DNA of 64,000 nt, taken from the NCBI GenBank assembly GCA_002269645.1, contig NIVC01001010.1, positions 62,001 to 126,000 of the forward strand, given 5' to 3'. Below the pieces are notes generated by a model. That model was not told where the DNA came from, ran no database searches, and was given only the letters and a program-made list of their open reading frames with translations. A program made the translations under genes and the position numbers. Of this stretch, positions 11,272 to 24,487 are shown in pieces. This DNA comes from Macrostomum lignano. Taxonomy: Eukaryota. Within the stretch, counting starts at the first letter, position 1. Every line of letters begins with the position of its first letter.

Positions 11272-11273
11272 TG

Positions 11274-11325
<52 letters not shown>

Positions 11326-11362
11326 TAGTAGTAGTGGTAGTAGTAGTAGTGGTAGTGGTAGC
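10722..11362. repeat. (AGT)n/(GGT) trinucleotide repeat
   Basis: Direct reading. Confidence 0.95.
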
Positions 11363-12029
11363 AGTCCCGGTCGAACAGGTGTGCTCATTCCCGTCCCGCT
11401 AGGTTGTCGGATTCTGATCTGTTTGAGTGCAGCCCACCGATTTATTTTATTTATCCGTCCTCATCACCAGTTTAGCCGCAGCATCCCAGCCCCAGCGCTC
11501 ACTTTCGCCTTCATATCCACCCCGAGTTGGGCAAATTCCGGGAGGTCGATTTGCCTGATTGCATCCGCTGGCCGATGCCCCCCCCCAGCCCACCCGTGGG
11601 ACCCCTATACATTACAGCAGAGTGAAGTAAGCGAGAAGGCCAAGTTGAAGAAAGGGAAAAGGGATAAAAATAGGGGGTGAGTCTAGAACGGGAACAGTTC
11701 CGGACAAAAGTTCGCGCACTTGGAAAAGAAATTCCAATATGCAAGATTATACTTCATCAGCCTCCTGAAGATAAAGCTGTCCAGTCTTCTCTAGTTCTCC
11801 GTCTGTCAACCGTCCGAGCTGTTGAAGGAGACGCTGAAGGCGCTTCACCCAGCAACAGGGCTTGTGCGGTGCGCTCGGCTGCATCTGCAGTGTGGTCGTA
11901 GCGAAATGCACAAAGCCCTGGCCGGAGCGGCTTACTCGTAATCTGACAAAACACGCCCGAGCTTAATGTGACATGCAAAATAGCCTGCTGGTCGCAGCTG
12001 CCATAGACTGCGCTTGGCTGGCCGACTTG

Positions 12030-12205
<176 letters not shown>

Positions 12206-12579
12206 CCGGGCTAATTCCGTGAACACCAGTTCTACGACTCGAGTTCGTCCTTGGAGTCCGCCAATTATCGCTAGCCGGTTAACCAGGAGCTGCTGAAAGG
12301 CGTTTTAAGCCAATTCCGATCAGCCGAGAACCAGTTCTCAGCCATAATTAGAGCCTTCTAACGACTTTTTGAGTCCTTGCACGACGATTTGGTGCCTGTC
12401 CCGTGGGATCAATTTTTATTTCACAAAATTCTTGCCGAGATCCAATTTGTCGCCAGGGATCGCTGACTGGCGGTGGTGCTTCTTTATGGGGTGACTGCGG
12501 CGAAAGTTTTTAAATTAAATTTTCATTTCAAATCTTTTTTATTAGCTGGTTCTTCGGCAGTCTCAGCAAGACTCGCCTC

Positions 12580-13737
12580 TCACCGACACTCACAGACACT
12601 CATAGCAAGTCACCAACACTCACAGAGACTCACCGACACTCACAGAGACTCACAGAGACTCGAAAAAGACTCACCAACGCTCACAGAGACTCACCAACAC
12701 TCACAGAGACTCACCGACACTCACAAAGACTCACAGAGACTCACAAAGACTCACCAACGCTCACAGAGACACACCAACACTCACAGAGACTCACCGACAC
12801 TCACTGAGACTCATCGACACTCACAGAGACTCACCGACACTCACAGAGACTCACCAACACTCACAGAGACTCACCAACACCCACAGAGACTCACCAACAC
12901 CCACAGAGACTCACCAACACTCACAGAGACTCACCAACACCCACAGAGACTCACCAACACTCACAGAGACTCACCAACACTCACTGAGACTCACCGACAC
13001 TCACTGAGACTCACCGACACTCACTGAGACTCACCAACACTCACTGAGACTCACCGACACTCACTGAGACTCACCGACACTCACAGAGACTCACCAACAC
13101 TCACAGAGACTCACCAACACTCACTGAGACTCACCGACACTCACTGAGACTCACCGACACTCACAGAGACTCATCGACACTCACAGAGACTCACCAACAC
13201 TCACTGAGACTCATCGACACTCACAGAGACTTACTGGCACTCACAGAGACTCACCAACACTCACAGAGACTCACCAACACTCACAGAGACTCACCAACAC
13301 TCACAGAGACTCACCAACACTCACAGAGACTCACCAACACTCACAGAGACTCACCAACACTCACAGAGACTCACCAACACTCACAGAGACTCACCAACAC
13401 TCACAGAGACTCACCAACACTCACAGAGACTCATCGACACTCACAGAGACTTACTGGCACTCACAGAGACTCACCAACACTCACAGAGACTCACCAACAC
13501 TCACAGAGACTCACCAACACTCACAGAGACTCACCAACACTCACAGAGACTCACCAACACTCACAGAGACTCACCAACACTCACAGAGACTCACCAACAC
13601 CCACAGAGACTCACCAACACTCACAGAGACTCACCAACACTCACAGAGACTCACCAACACTCACAGAGACTCACCAACACTCACAGAGACTCACCAACAC
13701 TCACAGAGACTCACCAACACTCACAGAGACTTACACA
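12580..13737. repeat. 20-bp minisatellite
   Basis: Unit cactcacagagactcaccaa. Confidence 0.95.
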
Positions 13738-14112
13738 GTCTGGCCTAGTGGTTAACAGGAAAGATGATATTTTCAAGCACGACCTAGCACTTATGATGAA
13801 GGAAGCTGTGTGGAGCCTTGAGAGCCTGTCGCAGATTGTTTGGCCGCAGTTCCTGAGTAGCATTTTAACAAAGCCCGTGATGGACAGGCAAAGGTCTGAG
13901 CAGCAGGAAGCTGCGAGTGCTCGGCTGGAGTGACTGTGAACGAAATGGCTTGATTGGCGGCAGTTTATCACACAGTGGAATGATCGTGGAAAGCAGGTAC
14001 GAAAAGAACTGAAAATGCATCGAATCTGTTCAGGATTTATTGCTTGCAATGTTAGACAGGTAAAGGCAGAGTAACGAAGCGGTGGCAACACTTTCCAGAA
14101 AGATTTAAATGC

Positions 14113-14294
<182 letters not shown>

Positions 14295-14839
14295 AGGCCC
14301 AGCCAGAGAAGCAGCTCCATATGTCCAGCAGGCCTGCATTAGCCAGGGTTATCCCCATTATCTCCATCAGTTGCCCTTGGGCTGGCAGGTAATTGGCGCT
14401 AGCAGACAGTCTGCATGGCTACAGAAAGCAGTCAAATGAAAGAGTTCCTTTGCCAGTGAATTCGTGGGACAGCTAGGGGGTCGTTTTGAATAAAATTAGA
14501 GATCCCCGAGCAATCAGGACTTGCTTGGTCACCCCTGCTGTCCCGGGGCCAGCCGCAGGCGGAGGCGGCAGTGAATGGGAGACCCACCGTGTCTCTGTAT
14601 GATGAAAGACTCGAGCAGAAAGGGGCCCTCGAGTTGGCTTATCCGTCCGGGATCTGAAATTGAAGGTCGAGGATTAACACACTTGGTCTCGCCGTGCACT
14701 TGAGGCTGAAAGACGTGAATAGGGGTTGTTCAATGAAGAGGGAGATAGAGGACTGGGTGGATAGTGGAAACCAGGGATAATGCAGAAATTATTCTTTCAC
14801 AACGAAGAGCAAAAAGTGGGTTAAGTCGAGTTAGAAACG

Positions 14840-15290
14840 GAGAGGTAGGCGAATGGGCGATTGAGAAGTAGAGTGAAGGAGATGGAGAAGTAGGATGGGG
14901 GAGACGGAGGAGTAGAGAGGGGGTAGAGAATTAGAGAGCGAGATTTGAGTAGTAGAGTGAAGTAGACGGAGAATAGAGTGAGGGAGTCAGAGAAGTAGAG
15001 AGACGGAGAAGTAGAGTGGGAGATGGAGAAGTAGTGTGAGGGGATGGAGAAGTAGAGAAAAGTAGAGTGAGGGAGAGATGGAGAAGTAGAGTGAGGGATG
15101 AGGGAGAGATGAAGAAGTAGTGTAAGGGAGAGATGAAGAAGTAGAGTGAGGGAGGGATTGAGAAGTAGAGTGAGGGAGAGATGGAGAAGTAGAGTGAGAT
15201 TGAGAAGTAGAGGTGAAAGAGCTGAGAGACAGAGAAGTAGGGTGGGTAGATAAAAACAGAGGAAGAGACAGAAGTCGAAGAGTAGGGTAA
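14840..15290. repeat. Degenerate purine-rich minisatellite
   Basis: Recurring gagaagtagagtgagggagagatg motif. Confidence 0.8.
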
Positions 15291-15603
15291 GAATTCGAAG
15301 CAAATAGAAGCCAAAAGTGATGGGTAGGGGAAAGCAGTGAGCACGGAGCTCAGCCAGGGAGTGGCCAGAGACTGCTCAAGGGCCTCAGCCTATCCAATCT
15401 GCAGCCAGGAGCTGAAAAAAACAACAGAGAGAAAGCGCATCGGTACAAAAGACGCGACCGGCCCTCCCGCTGCGATTCTCTCCGCTTCTCCGCTGGCCAC
15501 AATATTTCCAAAGGCTTGTTCAATTCGATCAGGAGAAACTGCAAACAGCATCGTAATTAACTGTTAAACCAGCAATCAGTGCAGAAAGCCACCCCAGCCC
15601 GCC

Positions 15604-15708
15604 ATGCCAGCTGCCCGTCTGCAGATTCTTCTATTGGCCGGCTCGATGCTTCTGGCTGCCGCCAGCCTTGCCCAGCTTCTTCCAGGAGCCGAGGCCGCGC
15701 CGCACTCC

Positions 15709-15741
<33 letters not shown>

Positions 15742-15927
15742 GAGCTACTCGAGCGACTCCTCTGCGCCACCGAGGCTGCGCCCTGCCGATGGCCCCGACG
15801 CCTCCAGCCCATCGTCGACGACGACCAGGTTGGCGGCGGCGAGGAGGCGGCGACGGTGAGCGACGGCGTCCCGCTGTTCCGCCGAGGCAAGAAGCAGCCG
15901 CCGAGGAAGCCGCCGGGCATCTGGTGA
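15604..15927 (+). CDS. Candidate secreted peptide / neuropeptide precursor, 107 aa
   Basis: GCCGCCATG start context; hydrophobic N-terminus MPAARLQILLLAGSMLLAAASLA; RR, G-KK and RK processing-like sites; AATAAA at 16033-16038. Confidence 0.6.
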
Positions 15928-16032
15928 AGCAGCGGACCGAGCGGCCGGCCGAGCTCCGCGAATTGACTGAGCACCTGTTTGGACGCAGCCCCTGCCAGCG
16001 CTGACTGTTAGCGCAATGACCCACTGATGGCT

Positions 16033-16038
16033 AATAAA
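16033..16038 (+). promoter_or_regulatory. Putative polyadenylation signal of the peptide-precursor gene
   Basis: AATAAA about 105 nt after the TGA. Confidence 0.45.
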
Positions 16039-16259
16039 TATAAAACCACAGCTAAAATAGCCTGAGAGATCGCTCACCATATTGCTTCTCTTTAATTTGT
16101 TGCTGATGTCTTCGAGTTGCAACTTACTACTGTTGGTAGCTACTAGTGATCTATAAACTAAATATTTGCGCCAGTACTGTACGCAGAGGCAGGCTCTCAT
16201 ACACACGCTCGGGCTCGTGTACAGCGGCCCGGGCTTTCTAATCGTCAGGCATGTACACT

Positions 16260-18890
16260 GTCTGTGCCTTGGTGCTTCCTCAGTAAAGAGAGCCGACGGC
16301 TCGCTCACTGAGAACCCAGGAGAAACACTGGAAGCAATGCTAACAGCGTTTTTCCCGAACGAGCCAGCCAGGCCCGACCCCTTGATCACTCAGTGGTTTC
16401 GGCTGACTCAATCATCACGGAGGACCGCGTCACTAAAGCAGTCTCCTCCTTCAAACCCTTCAAATCCACAGGACCGGACGGCGTTGTGCCAGTCTTCCTG
16501 CGTGAGGCGGTGAAATGCACCGGTTTCCTGCGGAACCTTTGCCGGCTCCTGGAAGCTTGCATTGTACTCGGCTTTGTTCCGAAAACCCTGGACCGAGGCC
16601 AGGGTGGTTTTTATCCCCAAGCCCGGCCGACCGGACTACCGGTCCATTAAATCCTTCAGACCAATCAGCCTCACCTCCTCACTGGTGAAGCTGTTGGAGA
16701 GACTGGTGCTTTGGCGCCTCCTCTCTGTAGAACTGAAGAACAAGCCGCTCAGTGAGAACCAGCACGCCTTTCGGGCAGGCAGGTCCACGGAGAGCGCGCT
16801 TCACGTCTTGGTCGACATGCTGGAGAAAGCCGTTCTTGGTAATGGCTACGCTCTCGCTGTCTTCCTCGACATTGTTGGAGCCTTCGATAATGTCCTCTTT
16901 GAGGCTTTTGACAGAGCTCTACGTGCTAGAGGAACCCACTCGCACCTCACCCGGTGGATCGTGTAAATGATCAGCCACCGCGCACCTGCGGGGCCACCAA
17001 CGGACGGTAACCGTCTGCAAAGGCAGCCGCCAAGGCGGTGTTCTCTCTCCAGTTCTCTGGAACATGGTCATCGATGAGCTCCTTCAGGACAGCCATCTTG
17101 ACCCCATCCTCAAGGTCGGTTACACCGATGACGTCATAGCCATAGCATCCGGACCGTCACCCGAAAGCCTTAGGGATCTTCTGCAAAACTTTATTCGCTC
17201 TGCTGAACAATGGGCGGACAGGTGCGGCCTCAGGCTCTCCGAGACAAAAACTGTCGCGATCATGTTCACCAGCAGGGTCAACTGGCGTATTCGCCCACTA
17301 AAGCTTTACGGGGTGGAAATCCCATCCTTCAAGCGAACCAAGTGTCTCGGCATTACGCTGGACCACCGGCTGAGCTGGTCCACCCACGTCCAGGCCAAAA
17401 CCAAAAAAGCCCTCGCGATTCTTGCGCAGTTGCGCAGAGCCGTCGGCACCACCTGGGGCCTCACCCCGAAGCGACTCTGTTGGATCTATACCGCAATGGT
17501 CCGGCCGGCCGTTACTTACGCCGGCCTGGTCTGGACCTGCGCCTTGCAGATTAAAACATGCCACGAAGCCCTTAAAAAGGTGCAGGGACGCGCGTGCTGC
17601 ATGATTCTGAATGCCCCGCTCTCTGCTCCCTTTGACGGCCTCAACGCCTTTCTCTGCCTCCCGCCTCTGGACATCTTCGTCGGTCGCGAGGCAGCTAAAA
17701 CCACCCGCCGGCTCGTCGAGGCTGGTGTTAACTTCAAGCCACAAAGAGCGATGGCGAAGCGCAAGCTCCTGCCGCACTCTGACCTGTGCCTTAAAGTTCT
17801 GGAGGAGAGTGGGAGTGCGGCTGTCCTTTCGGACGCTGAGCCGCGCTCCCTCAATCTCTACCAACGCTTCAAGGTCACTATCCCCTCTAGGGAGAACGCC
17901 AACGACAGCTGGGCCCCTCAGGAGGTTCACTGCTTCACTGACGGATCCTCCAAAGACGGTTTATCCGGCTTTGGAGTCTGCATCCTTAACGGCCGCGTGA
18001 TCGCCACTCACGCCCAACACACTGGCAGACTCTCCAGCGTCTTCTAGAACGAAGTCCTTGCCATCAGCTCCTGTGCAGCTGAGCTCCACTGCAGGGACTT
18101 CAAAGACAGAAGAATCTTCTTCCACTCTGACAGCCAGGCCGCCTTGCAGGCCCTGTGCCACACCACTACGAACTCCCGAACAGTCCGCGACTGTATCGGG
18201 CAGCTCAACAAGCTGGCTCGGAGAAACACCGTCCGGCTCCTGTGGATCCCAGGACACGCCGGCTTCAAAGGTAACGAGCTCGCCGACTCCCTCGCCAAGG
18301 CGGGTAGCTCCAGCTCGCTCCTTGACCCCGTGCCTCTGGCCCCCATCCCCGCCAGGGTCATTAATCGTCAGATTAACGACTGGGCGGACATCCTGCACTT
18401 GCGCAGATGGGATGGCATTTCCAATGCCGCCAATCCCATGCGGCAGTGCCCAATCCGTCCCTCAAGCAAAAATCTGAATCAAAATCGAAAAGATATCCGC
18501 GCTCTCACTATGGCCTTCACAGGTCACGGTTGCTTTGCCAGGCACTGTTTCCTCCGAAGTGTTCACCGGAGCGAACTCTGCCCTTTCTGCAACCTCGAGA
18601 ACAAAGACGCCAAGCCGAGTCCGGCTCAACCACCTCGGGCCCAACCCGTCCCTGGACGACGCTTGCCGGCCCGAGAACATCCCACGGCTCATCCGGTTCC
18701 TCCGGGCCACCAAGCGAGCCTCCGTCTTTCCCACCGAAGACAACGCTGCAGACAGGACCGGCAGACCTCCCTGACCGGCCCCGCGCCCTAGCCTATGCGG
18801 GACTTTCAGGGATTAGCGGAATGGGCGACGCTCGCCTCCCCGCTGCGTCTTCGGACCGCCCTGCAGCTAAGTCAAGTAAGTCAAGTAAGC
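16260..18890 (+). mobile_element. 5'-truncated, decayed non-LTR retrotransposon (RT + RNase H, LOA/Lian-like)
   Basis: SFKPFKSTGPDG, ARVVFIPKPG, FRPISLTS, QHAFRAGRST, FLDIVGAFD, GVLSPVLWN, YTDD; RNase H FTDGS, SDSQAAL, WIPGHAGFKGNELAD; partial C-terminal Cys/His knuckle; frameshifts near 16390 and 16590, stop/deletion near 16965, TAG at 18045; tail taagtcaagtaagtcaagtaag. The 5' boundary is approximate; no endonuclease is seen. Confidence 0.9.
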
Positions 18891-19329
18891 CTTGGTGCTT
18901 GGTTGGCCATCATGGCTGTGAATCGCGGGTCGTGGGTCGTGGCGCTGAGCTGATGTGCCCAGGTGCTAACGATGCTACTGACTTGAAATTATAAGCAGCA
19001 GCAATTAAGGAATTAAAAGACACAATCAATAAATCAGAATTTCAAGTGCTCAGAATAAAATTGTCCGAAGAGAGCGTATATAGTATATAATAATAATATT
19101 CAGCAGGCTCAAATAAATAGTAACTCGTATAATTCATTTCATAGATTAGATAAATTTATAGTAATTAGCATTGCTTGTGCAGAGTGGCATGCACTTTAGT
19201 TAATGACAGGGTTAGCGCACTAGATTGGTACACAGCAAGTGCCACGACTGAGTGACAGATTTACAACTTAGCATTGGTACAAGGCTGGGGTGCGGCTGAC
19301 ATGCGCAAGTGCGGGGTTTGAAGGGGGTC

Positions 19330-19838
19330 AATAGAGGGGTGAGTGAGGAGTAGATAGAGGGGTGACTGGGGAGTAGATAGAGGGGTGACTGGGGAGTAGA
19401 AAGAGGGGTGACTGGGGAGTAGATAGAGGGGTGACTGGGGAGTAGATAGAGGGGTGAGTGAGGAGTAGATAGAGGGGTGAGTGAGGAGTAGATAGAGGGG
19501 TGAGTGAGGAGTAGATAGAGGGGTGAGTGAGGAGTAGATAGAGGGGTGAGTGAGGAGTAGATAGAGGGGTGAATGGGGAGTAGATAGAGGGTGATTGGGG
19601 AGTAGATAGAGGGGTGATTGGGGAGTAGATAGAGGGGTGAGTGAGGAGTAGATAGAGGGGTGAGTGAGTGGAGAGTAGATAGAGGTGTGACTGGGGAGTA
19701 GATAGAGGAGTGAGTGGAGAGTAGATAGAGGTGTGACTGGGGAGTAGATAGAGGATTGAGTGGAGAGTAGATAGAGGGATGACTGGGGAGTAGATAGAGG
19801 GATGATTGGGGAGTAGATAGAGAGGTGACTGGAGAGTA
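19330..19838. repeat. 23-bp minisatellite
   Basis: Unit gagtagatagaggggtgagtgag. Confidence 0.95.
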
Positions 19839-20334
19839 GGAAGGCAGAGCAAAGGCAAGTGCATACAAGACACTCAACCATGAAGCGGTAATCGATATTT
19901 TTACTTGGAAAATTTCGCATGCAAAGAATGGGTTGATTTTTTAAAAATGATTAGATTGCACTGCAAGAATAACAGGTGCGGGAGCTGAGCTGGTGTCAGT
20001 GCGAGGTCAACGCCAAGAAGTACAAAGTGGGCAGGCGTAGTTAGTTAAATTGTAAATGGAATATTATTAATAAGGTCCAAAGTCGTCACAAATTGTTGAA
20101 AAAAATGATCCAATATCAAAGCGCAGAAACGAGCAAAGCAACAAATTTCAGAAGCGGTCAGTCTGACGTGAATAACAAATCTAGCAAATAATGTCAGTTG
20201 CCGCTAAAGAGCTGAAAACAAATCTGATTGAAATAAAAAATTGCCGGGAAAAACAAAGAGGAAATATTGGGAACAGCCCAAACAACAAATAGCTGAGCAA
20301 GACAGATATATAGGCTTACATCTGAGTCTACGTC

Positions 20335-21290
20335 TACATCATGAGCGCATCATGTCTGCATAGTCAGAATCATGTGTGCATCATGTCTGTATCATGTCTG
20401 CATTGTCTGCATCATGTCTGCATCATGTCAGAATCGTTTTAGCATAACGTCAGAAGCATGTCTGCAGCATATCTGCATCATGTCCGCATTATGTTAGAAT
20501 CATGCGTGCATCATGTCAGAATCCTGTGCATCATGTCAGAATCGTGTGCATCATGTCAGAATCATGCGTGCATCATGTCTGTATCATGTCTGCATTGTCT
20601 GCATCATGTCAGAATCGTTTTAGCATAACGTCAGAAGCATGTCTGCAGCATATCTGCATCATGTCCGCATTATGTTAGAATCATGCGTGCATCATGTCAG
20701 AATCGTGTGCATCATGTCAGAATCATGCGTGCATCATGTCAGAATCGTGTGCATCATGTCAGAATCATGCGTGCATCATGTCAGAATCCTGTGCATCATG
20801 TCAGAATCATGCGTGCATCATGTCAGAATCATGCGTACATCATGTCAGAATCATGCGTGCATCATGTCAGAATCATGCGTGCATCATGTCAGAATCATGT
20901 GTGCATCATGTCAGAATCATGCGTGCATTATGTCAGAATCATGTCAGAATCATGTGTGCATCATGTCAGAATCATGTGTGCATCATGTCAGAATCATGTG
21001 TGCATCATGTCAGAATCATGCGTGCATCATGTCAGAATCATGCGTGCATCATGTCAGAATCATGTGTGCATCATGTCAGAATCATGCGTGCATTATGTCA
21101 GAATCATGTCAGAATCATGTGTGCATCATGTCAGAATCATGCGTGCATCATGTCAGAATCATGTGTGCATCATGTCAGAATCATGTGTGCATCATGTCAG
21201 AATCATGCGTGCATCATGTCAGAATCATGTCAGAATCATGTGTGCATCATGTCAGAATCATGTGTGCATCATGTCAGAATCATGTCTGCA
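20335..21290. repeat. 22-bp minisatellite
   Basis: Unit atcatgtcagaatcatgYgtgc. Confidence 0.95.
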
Positions 21291-21543
21291 TCGTGCTTGA
21301 CTTATCCAGTTTCTCAACCAAACCGCAGTCAGTTCGCGAACGCACGCAATCGAATGAAGTTGCATTTATAGCGAGATTGTCCAAATGACACGTGCAGATT
21401 GGAGATTCATGGGGAAGGGATATAACAAACAACTCCTACTCCTACCCTAAGCACAAAGCCGTTGCACCTTGCCAACAAAGACAAAGACACAAGGACACAA
21501 CAAAGACACAAGGGGAGGATAAAAAAGAAACTAACAAACAAAG

Positions 21544-21899
21544 TCACAGGCCGGGCAGCTGGCGGAACATTGGCGGATAGCCGGGCAGCAGCTGGGCCGG
21601 GTGATGAGGCGGCAGCTTCAACTGCGAATGCGGCGGAGGCTGCGGCGGCGAGGGAGAACAGCTGGCAGCCTTGGCGGAGTCCCCGGGCTGTCGCTGCTGA
21701 TGGTGCAGCTTCACGTGGTGATAGTGCTCCTCGGCACTCTTTGTAGTATGGCCGCAGTCTTCGCACACGTGCAGTTTCTCCCGACGCTCCTTGTGCGCGT
21801 AGGTGAACACCCGGTGGTGCACCTTCTTGCTGTGCGACTCCAGCGAGCAGCGCTGGGTGAACGCCTTGCCGCAGTCTTCACATTTGTAGGGTCGGACGC
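21544..21899 (-). CDS. ovo: ovo/shavenbaby last exon, zinc fingers 3-4 and C-terminus
   Basis: cccacag|GC GTC; GVRPYKCEDCGKAFTQRCSLESHSKKVH...YAHKERREKLHVCEDCG is diagnostic of the Ovo family; TGA at 21544-21546. Confidence 0.93.
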
Positions 21900-22964
21900 C
21901 TGTGGGTGATGCATGTTAAGTTTCGACTGCAATATTCGCTACTAACCTACTTGTGTCAGTAGTAACATAATGAACTTGAATCAGTAGGGAAATTCTTATA
22001 TATTGTTTCTTAAATCGTAAAGAATTTTTCGAACCAAATTTCAGACTCAAAGCACAGTTCTGGAACCGATTGCTGAGAGAGAAAACGGGATGAACAAGCA
22101 AAATGAAAGCTAGATTGAGTACCTTAAATAGATTCCTAAATTGAGTCACAATTGAAATTGAATTTGCAATATTCAGCATAAACTATGGATGGTTGCAATG
22201 CGTGTTCGTGAACGATGGTCTCAGTTGGATGCCCCCGCATCAGGTGGGCTGGCGCCGGAGCCGCGGGGCCGCTGCCGGCCGCTATTAAGAAGACACGCAA
22301 TATCGAGGCGGCTCAGCTCTCACGGTCGGGTATCCCTCCCCTCTATACCTTTAGCCCTCTGAATAGAAGCAATCAAAGTTGATAGGAGAAGCGAAGCAGT
22401 TTACTGTTTACTTTCAGTTTGCTATTTTTCAAAAAAGAAAGAGTTTTACAGTTTCACTGATTCATTACAGGGGCCTCATAAAGACAAAAAATGGTTATGA
22501 GCAGGGTCCAGCACCCGCGCGGCGTCTTGGCATGCATGTGAGCACAGGCGGCAATAAGGCGGCAAGCAAGGCAGGCCCCCGCTGCCCGAGGCACCCCACC
22601 GCAGCAATATAAAGGTTTTATAGTTCGGGCTTCTCGAATTCATCTATTATTTGTATGCATTGCGCTCGACGCCATTAACTATCTTGATACGGCCGTGACA
22701 GTTGCAGATATGGACAACAGTGCACCATAAATAGTGGGCGGCGGTGTGCTGCAGAAATACTTTCAAGAATTTTATTGTCCCAAGTTGTTCTCTATATTCC
22801 CGGTGCATCGTGTTTCTTTACAGCTGCGATTGTGCGTGCTTCTCTGCTGCACAATTCTACTCGTAAGCTACTTGTTCCATGCTGCATCACCTCATTATTG
22901 TATGCTCTATCCTAGGTGCATTGTGAATATGTGTAGGTTGCAATTTTCCGAAATGGCGAGACAG

Positions 22965-23870
22965 GTGCGAGTGAGAAGGGTGAAAGTGACAAGGGTGGGA
23001 GTGACAAGGGTGATAGTGACAAGGGTGATAGTGAGAAGGGTGATAGTGACAAGGGTGGGAGTGACAAGGGTGGGAGTGACAAGGGTGGGAGTGAGAAGGG
23101 TGGGAGTGAGAAGGGTGGGAGTGAGAAGGGTGAGAGTGACAAGGGTGGGAGTGACAAGGGTGGGAGTGACAAGGGTGATAGTGACAAGGGTGGGAGTGAC
23201 AAGGGTGGGAGTGACAAGGGTGGGAGTGAGAAGGGTGGGAGTGAGAAGGGTGAGAGTGACAAGGGTGGGAGTGACAAGGGTGGGAGTGACAAGGGTGATA
23301 GTGACAAGGGTGGGAGTGACAAGGGTGGGAGTGAGAAGGGTGGGAGTGAGAAGGGTGGGAGTGAGAAGTGTGGGAGTGACAAGGGTGGGAGTGACAAGGG
23401 TGGGAGTGAGAAGGGTGAGAATGACAAGGGTGAGAGTGACAAGGGTGGGAGTGACAAGGGTGGGAGTGACAAGGGTGATAGTGACAAGGGTGGGAGTGAC
23501 AAGGGTGGGAGTGACAAGGGTGGGAGTGAGAAGGGTGGGAGTGAGAAGGGTGAGAGTGACAAGGGTGGGAGTGACAAGGGTGGGAGTGACAAGGGTGATA
23601 GTGACAAGGGTGGGAGTGACAAGGGTGGGAGTGAGAAGGGTGGGAGTGAGAAGGGTGGGAGTGAGAAGTGTGGGAGTGACAAGGGTGGGAGTGACAAGGG
23701 TGGGAGTGAGAAGGGTGAGAATGACAAGGGTGAGAGTGACAAGGGTGGGAGTGACAAGGGTGGGAGTGACAAGGGTGGGAGTGAGAAGGGTGGGAGTGAG
23801 AAGGGTGGGAGTGAGAAGGGTGGGTGACAAAGGTGAGAATGAGAAGGGTGAAAGTCAAGAAGTGAGAAAG
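22965..23870. repeat. 15-bp minisatellite with 300-bp higher-order period (ovo intron 3)
   Basis: Unit gtgacaagggtggga; rare variant gtgagaagtgtggg at 23361 and 23661. Confidence 0.95.
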
Positions 23871-24487
23871 CAAAAATGACAGGTGAATATCAATTTTGAA
23901 TTTCCCTCCGATCCCCAGGTATACAGATTTCTCAGGCTGGTATCTCCCTATATTTTTAATAAGAATGCATAAAATTTGACACGAAACAAACAAAAGTGTA
24001 ATAGCCCGCAGTTTTGACTGGATGGCTGGTGATTTTGAGTGAGTACGGGCCTATATGGAGTATGCGAAGAAGTGTTCAATAAGATTGAGCAAAACACAAT
24101 GGTTCGCGTCAGCTAAGCACACTCGAGATAAACTATAAATAGCAGATAGAAAGTATAATTTTGTCTCGCAAAAAAAGATTTTTTTATAAAACTGTGGGCG
24201 TCACCCCTTTGTTATTTTTGTCGGATAGGAGGGGGGCTTAGGCCGGGATTTCCCAATTTGAGTTGGGCACGCACTTAGCACCCTGCATAGATGATGAAGA
24301 AGCCCACATACAGTCTCCAGGCGTGCTTTTGTCTCCGCACTACGCAACCGCCACCGCGTGGCAAAAGCTAGTCTTATTTATAGAAAAGCATCTATAGACT
24401 AGTGGCCATATAGGTTAAAAACCGATTACAAACTTGGAGTAAACAAGGTTGTGATGCAGACAACTTTTTTATTTTCCAAGAAACAGA

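Noticed and set aside
7950-12000. Scattered exon-like islands between satellites (e.g. minus about 7963-8019, plus about 9489-9585, minus about 11745-11882)
   Set aside because: Plausible splice signals but no recognisable domain and no consistent phase chain could be built.
14600-14640. tatgatgaaagactcgag...ctcgag as a hammerhead
   Set aside because: Core is not CUGANGA and stems I and III cannot be formed.
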